NCBI GenBank assembly: GCA_934635225.1
Contig: CAKTYZ010000014.1
Span: 25,597 to 89,596 of the forward strand
Reading direction: 5' to 3'
DNA length: 64,000 nucleotides
Origin: an uncultured Kiritimatiellota bacterium
Lineage (GTDB): Bacteria; Verrucomicrobiota; Kiritimatiellia; RFP12; UBA1067
Below are positions 34,287 through 43,998 of the stretch, in pieces; the first letter of the stretch is position 1; every line of letters begins with the position of its first letter. Under the pieces are notes generated by a model. The model saw nothing but the letters and a program-made list of their open reading frames with translations, did not search any database and was not told the origin of the DNA. A program made the position numbers and the translations under genes.

Positions 34287-36989
34287 ATGCTGTCGTCTGT
34301 GTTGCTGATCTGCGCGGCGGTCGTGACGCCGGGCGTGTTTGACGTTGCCGCGTTTGGCGCGAAAGGCGACGGGCGGGCCAAGGATACGGTCGCGATTCAG
34401 GCGGCGGTTGACGCGGCGGCGAAAGCCGGGGGTGGTGAGGTTCGGCTCTCGGCCGGAACCTATCTCTCGGGAACCGTGTTCCTAAGAGACAACGTTCAGT
34501 TTCATCTTCTTGAAGGGGCGGTGCTGAAAGGCAGTCCGGATCGAGCAGATTACTGTCCGCCGGACGCTTTCCCTCAGAATTACGCCAGTCCGCCGACGGG
34601 GGACAATACCAGTGGCGGACATCTGATTGTTGCGCATGACGCAAAGAACGTGTCCTTGCTTGGCCCGGGACGGATTGACGGGAACGCGGCGGCGTTTCTC
34701 GTGGATCCGAAGACGGGGAAGAACTGGCCGGGCTGGAAGAAAGGCGTTCCGTGGCGTCCTGGGCAGATGATCTTCTTCGTGGACTGCGAGAAGGTGTCCG
34801 TTCGAGGGCTTGAGATTTTCAATTCGCCCTACTGGAGCTGCTTCATCCTCAATTGCACGGGGGTGGAGGTGTCGGACTGCAATGTGCGGACGGTTCGCGC
34901 GCCATTTAAGACCTGGAACGGCGATGGCCTCGACATTGACCGTTGCCGCGACGTCACAATTGTCCGCTGTGACATCGATACGGAAGACGATTCCATTACG
35001 CTGAGGGCTTCGGGCGAGAAGCGTTTGAGGAATCCGCAAAACTGCGAGAATGTTCGAGTGAGTGACTGTCGTCTCTCCAGTTCCTGCAATGCCGTGCGTC
35101 TGGGCGTCGGGAACGGTGTCGTGTCCAATGCGGTCTTCCGCAATCTCCGAATTCACAATACGCGTGTGGCATTCAACGCCGTTGGCTCCTGGTCTCAGAA
35201 TCCTGAACCGGGGGTAAGCATTCGCGACATTTCCTTTGAAAACGTTGAGATCGACGCGAAAGTCTTCAATAAGTTCTATTACCGTGGGGCGACAGAGGCG
35301 GTCTTTGACGGCATCCGCTTCTGCAATGTGCGCGGCAAGGTCTCCGAAAAGAGCGTCTACGAGGACGAGCCCGACCGCCCGTTCAAGAACCTTGTGTTTG
35401 AGAATGTGGATTTGGATTCGCCATCGGGACCGGTTGTTTCGCCAACAGCTAAGGTTATTCGTCATTGGACCATGACGCATCCGAGGTTTGTCGAAGTTCA
35501 GCTGATGGACGCGACGGATTGCCATAACGAGCTGTATTTTGAAAAGGAGTATTTGCTTTTCGGGAACGAGGCGCCTTTCTCCGGTTCGGCGCCAGTCATC
35601 TATCTTGAGAATGCCGCAACGGGCGAAGGGATTGTCTACGTCCGCTTGGGGCCGTTGCCGCATGTGCGCTCTGACAAGCGACCGGACTACACGATTGACG
35701 CGCCACAGCGGCGGTTGACCGTTTTCGAGACGATGTATCCGGTTGTCGAGCGGCAATACATGGGCGGACGCCTTGGACGCATCCGCGTCATGCAGGAGAT
35801 TCAGCGTGAACTCCGTCCGTACTTGGCGGATCGAGACGGCCTTTTCCTGACGAATACGTGGGGCGACCAGCATCGCGACGGCTGCATCAACGAGGCGTTC
35901 ATGCTGAAGGAGATTGCGGCGGGTGCGGAACTGGGCGTGGACGTCATTCAGATTGACGACGGCTGGCAGAAGGGACGTAGCCAGAACTCCGTTGACGTGA
36001 AGGCTGGCAAGGCGAAAGGCAATTGGGGCACATGGTGGGACGTCCCCGGATTCTGGGATTTCGACCCGGTTCGTTTCCCGCGCGGCATGCGGCCCCTCGT
36101 CTCGGCGGCACGGGCGAAGGGGCTTAAGTTCGGCCTTTGGTTCGGCCCAGATTCGGGGAATGAAGCCGCGCTGTGGGAGAAGGATGCGGACTTCTTGCTC
36201 AAGATGCACAAGGAGTACGGCATTGACTTCTTCAAGCTTGATTCGCTTTATACGCCGACGAAGCGGGCTTTGGATCGTCAGAAGGCCTTGATGCAGAAGC
36301 TGATGAAAGGTTCGAGCAGTCGCATTGTCATCGACCTTGACGTGACGGCAGGGGTTCGACCGGGGTATTTCTGCTTCCCGGAGATCGGGCCGCTGTTTGT
36401 GGAGAACCGCTATGCGGAGGATCGGCGGCAGTACTGGCCACACCTGACGTTGCGGAGCCTTTGGTCTTTGGCGCATGTTGTCGATCCAGCGCGTTTGCGC
36501 ATCGAGGTGTTGAATCCCGAACGCCGCGCCGAAGCGTGGGGGAACGACCCGTTGGCGCCGATGAAGTATCCGCGCGACACGTTGTTTGCCATTGCGATGG
36601 CGGCCTCTCCGCTCGGCTGGTTTGAGATTCAGAACCTCTCGCGCGAGACGGTTGCGGCGTGGAAGCCCCTCGTTGCAACCTGGAAGGAACATCGCGCGGC
36701 GTGGTTTGGCGGCACAATCTATCCGATTGGGGCGAAGCCGGACGGTCATTCGTGGACGGGATTTGTTTCGGTCGCAAAGGACGGGCGGAGCGGCTATGCG
36801 CTCCTCTTCCGCGAGATGGATCGTGCGGCGGGATTGTCGCTGGACTTGACGGATTACCTGTCGGCAGACCTTGTGTCGGTCGAGAGAATTGCCGGTCGCG
36901 GCAAGACGGTCGTCAAGGGGTGTCGTCTGGAGACGGAGGATCTTGGCAAACTCGATTTCACGTGGGTCAGGTTCTCTTGCCGAGAGTAA
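34287..36989 (+). CDS. Two-module glycosidase: N-terminal right-handed beta-helix (GH28/pectate-lyase-3-like) plus a C-terminal alpha-galactosidase-like (GH27/36-type) TIM barrel
   Basis: N-terminal FDVAAFGAKGDGRAKDTVAIQAAVDAA, NGDGLDIDRCRDV and TEDDSITL. C-terminal VIQIDDGWQKGRS, KFGLWFGP and DFFKLD. The start is ambiguous (TTG 34272 or ATG 34287). Confidence 0.65.
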   Translation: MLSSVLLICAAVVTPGVFDVAAFGAKGDGRAKDTVAIQAAVDAAAKAGGGEVRLSAGTYLSGTVFLRDNVQFHLLEGAVLKGSPDRADYCPPDAFPQNYASPPTGDNTSGGHLIVAHDAKNVSLLGPGRIDGNAAAFLVDPKTGKNWPGWKKGVPWRPGQMIFFVDCEKVSVRGLEIFNSPYWSCFILNCTGVEVSDCNVRTVRAPFKTWNGDGLDIDRCRDVTIVRCDIDTEDDSITLRASGEKRLRNPQNCENVRVSDCRLSSSCNAVRLGVGNGVVSNAVFRNLRIHNTRVAFNAVGSWSQNPEPGVSIRDISFENVEIDAKVFNKFYYRGATEAVFDGIRFCNVRGKVSEKSVYEDEPDRPFKNLVFENVDLDSPSGPVVSPTAKVIRHWTMTHPRFVEVQLMDATDCHNELYFEKEYLLFGNEAPFSGSAPVIYLENAATGEGIVYVRLGPLPHVRSDKRPDYTIDAPQRRLTVFETMYPVVERQYMGGRLGRIRVMQEIQRELRPYLADRDGLFLTNTWGDQHRDGCINEAFMLKEIAAGAELGVDVIQIDDGWQKGRSQNSVDVKAGKAKGNWGTWWDVPGFWDFDPVRFPRGMRPLVSAARAKGLKFGLWFGPDSGNEAALWEKDADFLLKMHKEYGIDFFKLDSLYTPTKRALDRQKALMQKLMKGSSSRIVIDLDVTAGVRPGYFCFPEIGPLFVENRYAEDRRQYWPHLTLRSLWSLAHVVDPARLRIEVLNPERRAEAWGNDPLAPMKYPRDTLFAIAMAASPLGWFEIQNLSRETVAAWKPLVATWKEHRAAWFGGTIYPIGAKPDGHSWTGFVSVAKDGRSGYALLFREMDRAAGLSLDLTDYLSADLVSVERIAGRGKTVVKGCRLETEDLGKLDFTWVRFSCRE

Positions 36990-37052
36990 TCAATCGGGCA
37001 GGTCGCCTTGAGGGGAGGACCGTGTGCGTTGGGCTGTTGATTGGGCACAATA

Positions 37053-37061
37053 TGGTATAAT
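37053..37061 (+). promoter_or_regulatory. Extended -10 promoter box TGGTATAAT, 8 nt upstream of the ruvB ATG
   Basis: Exact 9-mer; ATG at 37070. Confidence 0.5.
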
Positions 37062-37069
37062 GTTCGGAC

Positions 37070-38065
37070 ATGGCGAGGGAAAGGCAGAGTGAAGAACTGA
37101 ATCGTTCGACGGCGTTTGACAACAAGCTCCGTCCGACGGACTTTGGTGGATTCGTTGGGCAAGAGAAAGTGCGCGAACGGCTGCTTTTGGCGGTCAAGGC
37201 GGCGAAGGATCGCGGCGAATCGCTGGACCATGTGCTCTTTTCGGGTCCTCCGGGTCTCGGCAAGACGACGCTGAGCTATATTCTTGGCGAGGCGATGGGC
37301 GTGAATGTCAAGACCACCTCAGGGCCTGTCATCACGAAGCCCGGTGACCTGGCGGGGCTTCTGACGTCGCTGGAGCCTGGCGACATCGTCTTCATTGACG
37401 AGATCCACCGCATGGCGAAGACTGTCGAGGAGTATCTTTATTCTGCGATGGAAGACTACGCCATCGACATCATGTTGGATCAGGGTCCTAATGCGCGTTC
37501 CGTGCGCTTGGACCTTCCGCGTTTCACGCTTGTCGGCGCGACGACGCGCATCGGTCTGATTGCCGCACCGTTGCGGGCGCGTTTCGGGCTCGTCAATCGG
37601 CTTTCTTACTACGAACCGCCTGAGCTGGCGGAGATCGTGACCCGATCGGCGGCGAAGCTGGGCGTGGACGTCGATGCGGCAGGCGCGCTGGAGATTGCGC
37701 GCCGAAGCCGTGGCACGCCCCGAATCGCCAACAACCTGTTGCGGCGTGTCCGTGACTATGCGCAAGTGAAGGCGGACAACTTCATCACGGGCGCGGTCGC
37801 GACGGCTTCGCTGTCGTTGTTGGAGATCGACCCGCATGGACTGGACGAGATGGACCGGCGGATTCTGGAGACGATTTGCGTCAAGTTCGGCGGCGGTCCG
37901 GTCGGACTGTCGACGATTGCCGTGTCAGTCAGCGAGGAGCCGGATACGATTGAGGAGGCTTACGAGCCGTTCCTCATCATGGAAGGCTACCTGGAAAGGA
38001 CGCCGAAAGGGCGTGTCGCGACGGCCCTCGCCTATCAAACCCTTGGCCTTGAAAAGGCCTGCTGA
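37070..38065 (+). CDS. ruvB: Holliday junction branch-migration helicase RuvB
   Basis: [24 protein letters not shown] Walker [10 protein letters not shown] Walker B, and [16 protein letters not shown]. Confidence 0.95.
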   Translation: MARERQSEELNRSTAFDNKLRPTDFGGFVGQEKVRERLLLAVKAAKDRGESLDHVLFSGPPGLGKTTLSYILGEAMGVNVKTTSGPVITKPGDLAGLLTSLEPGDIVFIDEIHRMAKTVEEYLYSAMEDYAIDIMLDQGPNARSVRLDLPRFTLVGATTRIGLIAAPLRARFGLVNRLSYYEPPELAEIVTRSAAKLGVDVDAAGALEIARRSRGTPRIANNLLRRVRDYAQVKADNFITGAVATASLSLLEIDPHGLDEMDRRILETICVKFGGGPVGLSTIAVSVSEEPDTIEEAYEPFLIMEGYLERTPKGRVATALAYQTLGLEKAC

Positions 38066-38129
38066 GGCAAGCTGCCCTTGCCAACTGAAAAGCGAATAGG
38101 GTATAATACCCAAAAGCCGTAAGAATGCA

Positions 38130-39302
38130 ATGCAAAAGGACTTTCAAGTCGCAGTTTTCGAGGGCGGAGTGCTCCGTGTCGTCAAGTCCGGTAATCCCGG
38201 GCGTGAGGCCGTCTTGGCGTTGCCGCTGAACCGTCTTCTCGTAAAGATGGTGCGCGTGCCCGCCGAGGCGGACGCGGTTGCGACGGCGACGCCTATTCTT
38301 CAGGCGATGAGTCCGTTCCCCGATGAGCCGCTGACGGTCAGTTGCGAGACGGTGCGCGAGACGGCGGAGGGTTCGGTCGTCCTTGCGGCGGCACTTCCCG
38401 AAAGCGCGGCAGATGACATCGCCACGGCCTTGGATGCGCAAAAACTCAGCGTGACGCGCATTGATCTGTTGGCACTCGGCCAGTTGCGCGAGGTTTGGGG
38501 GCGATTCGACGCGTCCGACGGTCAGCGACGTCTCGTGCGCATCGCGTCGCCCGATTGCCGGACGCTCATTGTCTTGGACGGGGACCAGCCGACGGCGATT
38601 CGCGGACTGTCCGAGGCGGATGACGGTGTGCGCGAGGAGATGCTTCTGCTTTTGGAGGCGGAGTCGTTCGGCGGCCCGAAGCCGCTGGTTGAGACGGTAG
38701 ACGTCGAGTCGTCTGACGCGGCGATCGAAGGTGTTGCGGAACGCTCTCTGGATTCCGCCGCGCTGAACGCCCTGCCGGCCGGGTGGCGTGACGTCCTGGA
38801 GGAGACGCGGTTCAAGGCGAAGCTGATCCGTCATCTGTCCATAGCCGTTGGCCTCTGGCTCGTGGTGATGGGCGTCCTGTTTGGCGTGCCGGTGGGCTAT
38901 GGGTTCCTGACCGACCACCAGAAGGGCCTGTCGCGCCAGCATGCGCGGCAATATCGGCTCGTGAGCGACAAGAAGAAGAAGGTCGATGTCTTCAAGCAGT
39001 ATTCGGATCATGGGCGCGGAGCCTTGGAGATCATGAAGGCGGTTTCAGACCGTCTGCCGGCAGGCATTACGTTGGCGAGCTGGAACTATGACCGCAAGAC
39101 GGGGCTGCACATTTCAGGCGATTCCGACACCGACACCGACGTCTACGAGTTCAAGAACACGATGGAGGCTCTGGCGTTTGGCGAGGGAGAGACCGCCGAG
39201 CGCGTTTTCGGTTCCGTCGAACTCGGCAAGCTCAACATGATGCGCGGCAAGCAGCGTTTTGACCTGGACCTCGGGTTCGAGGCGAAGGAGGAAGAGGAAT
39301 GA
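38130..39302 (+). CDS. Secretion/pilus alignment protein with a cytoplasmic domain, one TM and a periplasmic domain (PilM-PilN fusion or GspL-like architecture)
   Basis: About 230 aa of soluble N-terminus, then TM HLSIAVGLWLVVMGVLFGVPVGYGFL, then about 130 aa. ATGA-coupled to the next gene and two genes upstream of a secretin. Assignment is by architecture and context only. Confidence 0.45.
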   Translation: MQKDFQVAVFEGGVLRVVKSGNPGREAVLALPLNRLLVKMVRVPAEADAVATATPILQAMSPFPDEPLTVSCETVRETAEGSVVLAAALPESAADDIATALDAQKLSVTRIDLLALGQLREVWGRFDASDGQRRLVRIASPDCRTLIVLDGDQPTAIRGLSEADDGVREEMLLLLEAESFGGPKPLVETVDVESSDAAIEGVAERSLDSAALNALPAGWRDVLEETRFKAKLIRHLSIAVGLWLVVMGVLFGVPVGYGFLTDHQKGLSRQHARQYRLVSDKKKKVDVFKQYSDHGRGALEIMKAVSDRLPAGITLASWNYDRKTGLHISGDSDTDTDVYEFKNTMEALAFGEGETAERVFGSVELGKLNMMRGKQRFDLDLGFEAKEEEE

Positions 39303-39832
39303 ATACGCTCTCGCTCAGGCAAAAGGCGGTCTTTGCGGTTCTGGCCGTCGTCGCGCTCTATGCTTTCGCGGCGCTGACGTGGTTCTTCTCGGCGGAATCC
39401 GCATGGAAAAAGGCGGTGCGTCGTTATGAACAGGCGAAAGCGACATATCAGAAAGAGGAACGGCTGATTGCCGACAAGGCCAAATGGGACGCGGCTTACG
39501 AGACGGAGAAGGCGGCGATGCCGATTTTCGAGGCGGGGAAGGCGACGGACACGACATGGCTTCAGCGGATGGGCGAGATCGCGACGCGCAATCTCGTTCA
39601 GATCTCCCAGCGCGGCACGCAGAAGGAGAAGCTGGAGATTGACGATGTGACGGTGTTGCCGATTGACGCGAGCTGGGAAGGTTCACTCGAGGCGCTCGTC
39701 AAGTTCCTGCACGAGCTGGAGAATTCGGACGCGGGGCTTTTCGACGTCGCCGAACTGAACTTCAAGCCCAGTTCAAAGAAGGGCTATCTGCGTGGCACGT
39801 TCACGCTTAACTGCGCGTATATGCGGGAGTAA
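39299..39832 (+). CDS. PilO/GspM-like bitopic protein
   Basis: N-terminal TM KAVFAVLAVVALYAFAALTWFF plus a coiled region and about 90 aa of C-terminal domain. Positioned between the GspL-like gene and the secretin. Confidence 0.4.
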   Translation: MNTLSLRQKAVFAVLAVVALYAFAALTWFFSAESAWKKAVRRYEQAKATYQKEERLIADKAKWDAAYETEKAAMPIFEAGKATDTTWLQRMGEIATRNLVQISQRGTQKEKLEIDDVTVLPIDASWEGSLEALVKFLHELENSDAGLFDVAELNFKPSSKKGYLRGTFTLNCAYMRE

Positions 39833-39841
39833 GGAGAATCT

Positions 39842-42526
39842 ATGAAGAAGACGGTGACAGTTCTTTTGGGGGTTGCATTGGCCTTGCCGATGTCGGCTCA
39901 GCAGAGATTGGGGCTTCTCGGCTCGCGTCGCAATTCGCCGCCGCCGACTTCGGCGACGGCGGATGAGGCGCCCCCCCAGCCGACGGGCAATCATGCCCTC
40001 AACTGGGACGGCGCGGCGAGCGACATCATCATCATGGCCTACGGCGACGAGGTCGGCAAGACGATCCTCAAGGATCCGGCGTGCCCGACGGCGACGATCA
40101 CGCTCAAGTCCAAGCAGGGGCAAAAGCTTTCGCGCGAGGAGTATCTGGAGGCGATCGAGACCGTCCTCGAGATGAACGGCATCCACCTCGAGCCGTACAA
40201 GGACAGCTTCATCCGCGCCCTGCCGCGCAAGGACGTGCGCAAGGAGGGCATCCCGATCCTCATGGACCACGACACGAAGCTCGGCGAGAGCGGCAAGGTC
40301 GTCTCGATGATGATTCCGTTCACGAACATGACGGCGGAGGACGCGCAAAAGGTCCTGGAGGGCTTCAAGTCGAATGCGGGGCTTCTCATCGTCTTTGAGC
40401 GGACAAACAAGATTCTCGTCACCGACACCGAGCAGAACATCAACCGCATGCTGGAGATCGCGCGGGCGATTGACGTGGCGGCGCCCGTGACGGAGCAGGT
40501 CTTTGTGCGCCAGATCAAGAACGCGTCTGTCGAGGAGGTGCAGAAAGCCCTTCAGGCGATCGTGGATGACGCGATGAAATGGCAGGAGAAAAACAAGGCT
40601 CCGGCGAACCCCTCGGCGCAGCAGCAGATGTCGACATTCAATCGCCCGATGCCGCGACGCGGGCTTCTTGGGCGCAATCAGCCGCAGCAGCAGCCGGCGA
40701 CGCCTCAGCCCGTCATTAACGAGTCGCTCGTCATGACCGTCTCGGACGCCGACCGGGGCATGATCCGCGGCAAGGTGCTGATCGTGCCGGACGAGCGGTC
40801 GAACAAGCTCATCATCATCACGTCGAAGGCGAACATGGACTTCTTCGACAAGGTGATCGAGCAGCTCGACGTCGAGACGACGCCGGACACGGTCGTGAAG
40901 GTCTACCGCCTCAAGTACGCGGAGGCCGAGGACGTGAGCGACATGATCAACGACCTCATCGGAAACTCGTCGTCGTCGCAGAACAAGACGAAGAACACGA
41001 ATCCGAACGCGAAGCAGGGCGCGGGCGGCAACATCACGCGCAACAATGCCCTGGCGACGGCGGCGAAGAAGTCGGTGAACCAGCGCACGGGCGAGGCGAA
41101 GGCGGGCGAGCTCTCGAAGGACAACACGACGGTCCTCGCCGACAAGCGCATCAACGGCCTCGTCGTCATGACGAACAAGGAGCTGGTGCCCACGATCGAG
41201 TCGATCATCGAGTCGATGGACATCAAGCTGAGCCAGGTGCTGATTGAGACGGTCATTATCGAGGTCACGCTGGGCGACGGACTGAAGACGGGTGTCGATT
41301 GGGTGCGCACGGGCCGAGACCGAACGGGCGACAACTTTGTGAAGGGTAACATGGTCAATGGCGACACGCGCTTTGCGAGTATGGCCGGCGGCGGCGGCGG
41401 TACAGGCAAGACGGCGTTGGAGGCCCTGATGAACGTGACGACGAACGCGGCGGCGGTGGCGGGCTACATGGGCTCTGCGAGCCCGATCGGCGGCGGGCTC
41501 AACTACTTCTTCAAGTCGGATGCACTGAACCTCGCGGCGGTCGTCTCGGCCTCCAAGACGGACAACCGAACGAAATACATTGCGTCTCCGGTCGTGATGA
41601 CGGTCGATAACAAGGAAGCGACGATTGAGGCGACGGACTCGCGGCAGTTCCTGACAGGGTGGCAGGCGGTTTCGTCCAGCTATGCGGGGTCGGGACTCCC
41701 GTCGCCAAACTATTCGGCGACGGATATCGGCATCAAGCTGAATGTGACGCCAAAGATTAACCCGAACGGTACGGTGATGCTGAAGGTGAAGGAGGAGTAT
41801 TCGCAGTCGGTCAGCAAGCAGTCCATGCTCTCGCCGCAAGGACAGCTCTATATCGAGAAGGAGATAGATGTTCCGTCAAAGCGGACGATGGAGTCCGACG
41901 TTTTGCTGGAGAATGCGCAGACGGTTGTCTTTGGCGGCTTGACGGAGACGACGACAAAAGAATCCCAGACGGGAATCCCGATTCTAAAGGACATTCCATG
42001 GATTGGCAAGTGGCTTTTTGGGAAGGTCGAGCAGGAGGAGACGAGGAAGGAGCTGCTTGTCTTCATGACGCCGTATGTCTTGGACGACGCCGAGAGCGCG
42101 CAGGCCGAGGCGATCCGGCGCAAGAAGACGATTTCCGATCCGCGTCCGTGGGACGATCGCGGCTGGTCGGCGTCGGCACTGGCCGATCCGGTCTCGAAGA
42201 AGGAGCAGATGCGCCGCTTGCAGGACGAATGGAAGAAACAGGACGAGGAGCGCCAGGCGCGCCTTGCCATCGAGCAGGAGAAGGTCAAGCGCGCGCAGAA
42301 GCTGAAGGGCCTTACGGTCGAGGAGCGCAACCTTTGGCTCAAGATGCACAAGGAGGAGCTTGAAGAGGAGGCGCAGGAGGAGCTGGAGGAGAAGATGCTT
42401 GACGAGAAGAGCCAGGCAGAGCTCAAGAAGCTCGCCGAGGAGATTCGCGCGAAGAAGCTCGCCGAGGCTCAGGCCGAAATGAAGAAGGTCGAGGCGGCGG
42501 CCGCCGCCGAGAAGAAGAGCGAATGA
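39842..42526 (+). CDS. Secretin (GspD/PilQ family) with a long K/E-rich C-terminal extension
   Basis: Signal peptide. N-domains (ADKRINGLVVMT..IESMD), secretin core (VLIETVIIEVTLGD, ASPVVMTVDNKEATIE, GIKLNVTPKINPNG, VVFGGL..GIPILKDIPWIGKWLFG..ELLVFMTPYVL) and a tail of roughly 130 aa rich in E, K, A and Q. Confidence 0.9.
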   Translation: MKKTVTVLLGVALALPMSAQQRLGLLGSRRNSPPPTSATADEAPPQPTGNHALNWDGAASDIIIMAYGDEVGKTILKDPACPTATITLKSKQGQKLSREEYLEAIETVLEMNGIHLEPYKDSFIRALPRKDVRKEGIPILMDHDTKLGESGKVVSMMIPFTNMTAEDAQKVLEGFKSNAGLLIVFERTNKILVTDTEQNINRMLEIARAIDVAAPVTEQVFVRQIKNASVEEVQKALQAIVDDAMKWQEKNKAPANPSAQQQMSTFNRPMPRRGLLGRNQPQQQPATPQPVINESLVMTVSDADRGMIRGKVLIVPDERSNKLIIITSKANMDFFDKVIEQLDVETTPDTVVKVYRLKYAEAEDVSDMINDLIGNSSSSQNKTKNTNPNAKQGAGGNITRNNALATAAKKSVNQRTGEAKAGELSKDNTTVLADKRINGLVVMTNKELVPTIESIIESMDIKLSQVLIETVIIEVTLGDGLKTGVDWVRTGRDRTGDNFVKGNMVNGDTRFASMAGGGGGTGKTALEALMNVTTNAAAVAGYMGSASPIGGGLNYFFKSDALNLAAVVSASKTDNRTKYIASPVVMTVDNKEATIEATDSRQFLTGWQAVSSSYAGSGLPSPNYSATDIGIKLNVTPKINPNGTVMLKVKEEYSQSVSKQSMLSPQGQLYIEKEIDVPSKRTMESDVLLENAQTVVFGGLTETTTKESQTGIPILKDIPWIGKWLFGKVEQEETRKELLVFMTPYVLDDAESAQAEAIRRKKTISDPRPWDDRGWSASALADPVSKKEQMRRLQDEWKKQDEERQARLAIEQEKVKRAQKLKGLTVEERNLWLKMHKEELEEEAQEELEEKMLDEKSQAELKKLAEEIRAKKLAEAQAEMKKVEAAAAAEKKSE

Positions 42527-42664
42527 TGAGGTTGACATGAGAGGCTTGAGTGACATGAGAGACGAGAAACAGAACGTCGCGAGAGACGCGAGGCCTCGCC
42601 CCCCTCATGACCCTCTTGTCTCTCACGTCGTCGCCAACCTCATTCCCCTTAACGGAGCCTTGTC

Positions 42665-43600
42665 ATGAATCAAAAGAGCATCTCTTTCATCGCCCTTGCG
42701 CTCGCCATCCTGGCGGCGGCGGGGGCGGCAGTCGTCGTGAGCGTCAGCCGCTCGTCCGAGGCGCAGGCGCGCGCCGAGGCCGAGGCCGCTGGGGCTGAGA
42801 AGGCGGCGGCGCTCGCCAAGGCCGCGACAAAAACCGCCGAAGCCGAGGAGTCGAAGACGCGGGCCGCCGAGGCCGAAAAGGCGAAGGCGGCAGAAGATCG
42901 TGTGGCGGTTGCCGAGGCGGCGGCGCAGGCGCGCGCCGATGCCGAGACGGCGGCGCAGAAGCGCGCACAAGCGGAAGAGCTGCGAAAGAAAGCCGAAGCC
43001 GAGGCCGAAAAGGCGAAGGAGAGCCGCCTCGCGGCGAAGTTGAACGCCGAGGCGGCGGCGGACGAAAAGGAGAAGGCTGTCGCTCTCCAGAAGGCAGAGG
43101 CCGCCAAGGCCGAGGCGGCGGCGGACCAGCTTGCGGCGGAGAAGCTGAGATCCGAGAAGGTCATTGCCGAGGCGAAACTTCTGGAACTCCGCAAGATCGA
43201 CTTCGAGACAATCGAACGCGACTTGCGCGAATGGCGGCAGGATCTCGAAGAGCGGGAGCGTGCGCTGACGCCCGAGAAGACGGTCGCCGACCTCTCTTGG
43301 GCCGGCGGCATGGAGGATACGGTCGTCGATGCCGAGGGGAATGTGCGCAAGAAGGTGAAGACCCCGTATCTCGCCGAGAACGACAAGACGCTTCCGCGCG
43401 CCTCGCGCCGACTTGCCCGCGCTGAACGCCTGTCTTCCGAGGCGATCGCGTCCGAAACCGCGCGCACGCGTGCCGCGATTGTCGCCGCGCTGGAACGGCT
43501 TTACGTCACGGCGCTCAAGGAAGACCGCATCGTTGACGCCGACTATTTCCGCAAGGCGCTGAAGACATTCTATCCCGATTGGGAGTTCACGGGCGAGTGA
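42665..43600 (+). CDS. Membrane-anchored A/E/K-rich coiled-coil protein (TolA-like architecture)
   Basis: N-terminal TM ISFIALALAILAAAGAAVVV, about 150 aa of AEAEKAKAA-type low-complexity helix, then a non-repetitive C-terminal domain of about 130 aa. SD ggag precedes the ATG. Confidence 0.6.
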   Translation: MNQKSISFIALALAILAAAGAAVVVSVSRSSEAQARAEAEAAGAEKAAALAKAATKTAEAEESKTRAAEAEKAKAAEDRVAVAEAAAQARADAETAAQKRAQAEELRKKAEAEAEKAKESRLAAKLNAEAAADEKEKAVALQKAEAAKAEAAADQLAAEKLRSEKVIAEAKLLELRKIDFETIERDLREWRQDLEERERALTPEKTVADLSWAGGMEDTVVDAEGNVRKKVKTPYLAENDKTLPRASRRLARAERLSSEAIASETARTRAAIVAALERLYVTALKEDRIVDADYFRKALKTFYPDWEFTGE

Positions 43601-43626
43601 ACGCCGAGGCGGCGGGTGGCGTTCAA

Positions 43627-43998
43627 ATGGATATGGACAAGCTCATTCAAACCTTTCACGCGGGCGGCCCCGTCATGTGGCCCATCTTGATACTCTCCAT
43701 CGTGGGACTCGCGATTCTCATCTGGAAGGCCTTTTCGTTTCGCACGGGCCATCGGGACGGACGCGGTCTGACGATTGTCTCGACGATCATCACGGCGGAG
43801 CCGATGCTTGGCATTCTCGGCACGGTAACGGGCATCATGCAGACTTTCCGCGCGCTGAACGGCGCGGATGGCGTGGCGAACCCGATGTCCGCGACGGCGG
43901 GCATCGGCGAGGCTCTCATCACGACGGCGGCCGGACTTATCGCCTCGTTGATCCTGCTGTTCCCCTACAACATCCTTGAACGCCATGCCGAAGACTAA
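43627..43998 (+). CDS. exbB: MotA/TolQ/ExbB-family proton channel, unusually short (about 123 aa)
   Basis: TM2 and TM3 signature AEPMLGILGTVTGIM..GIGEALITTAAGL. Only about 10 residues separate TM1 from TM2. Confidence 0.8.
   Translation: MDMDKLIQTFHAGGPVMWPILILSIVGLAILIWKAFSFRTGHRDGRGLTIVSTIITAEPMLGILGTVTGIMQTFRALNGADGVANPMSATAGIGEALITTAAGLIASLILLFPYNILERHAED

Noticed and set aside
42670-43467. The 265-aa minus-strand ORF mirroring the coiled-coil gene.
   Set aside because: Its translation is an Ala/Ser/Arg low-complexity mirror image of the GCC/GAG-rich + strand gene. The + strand ORF has an SD, an N-terminal TM and operon context.
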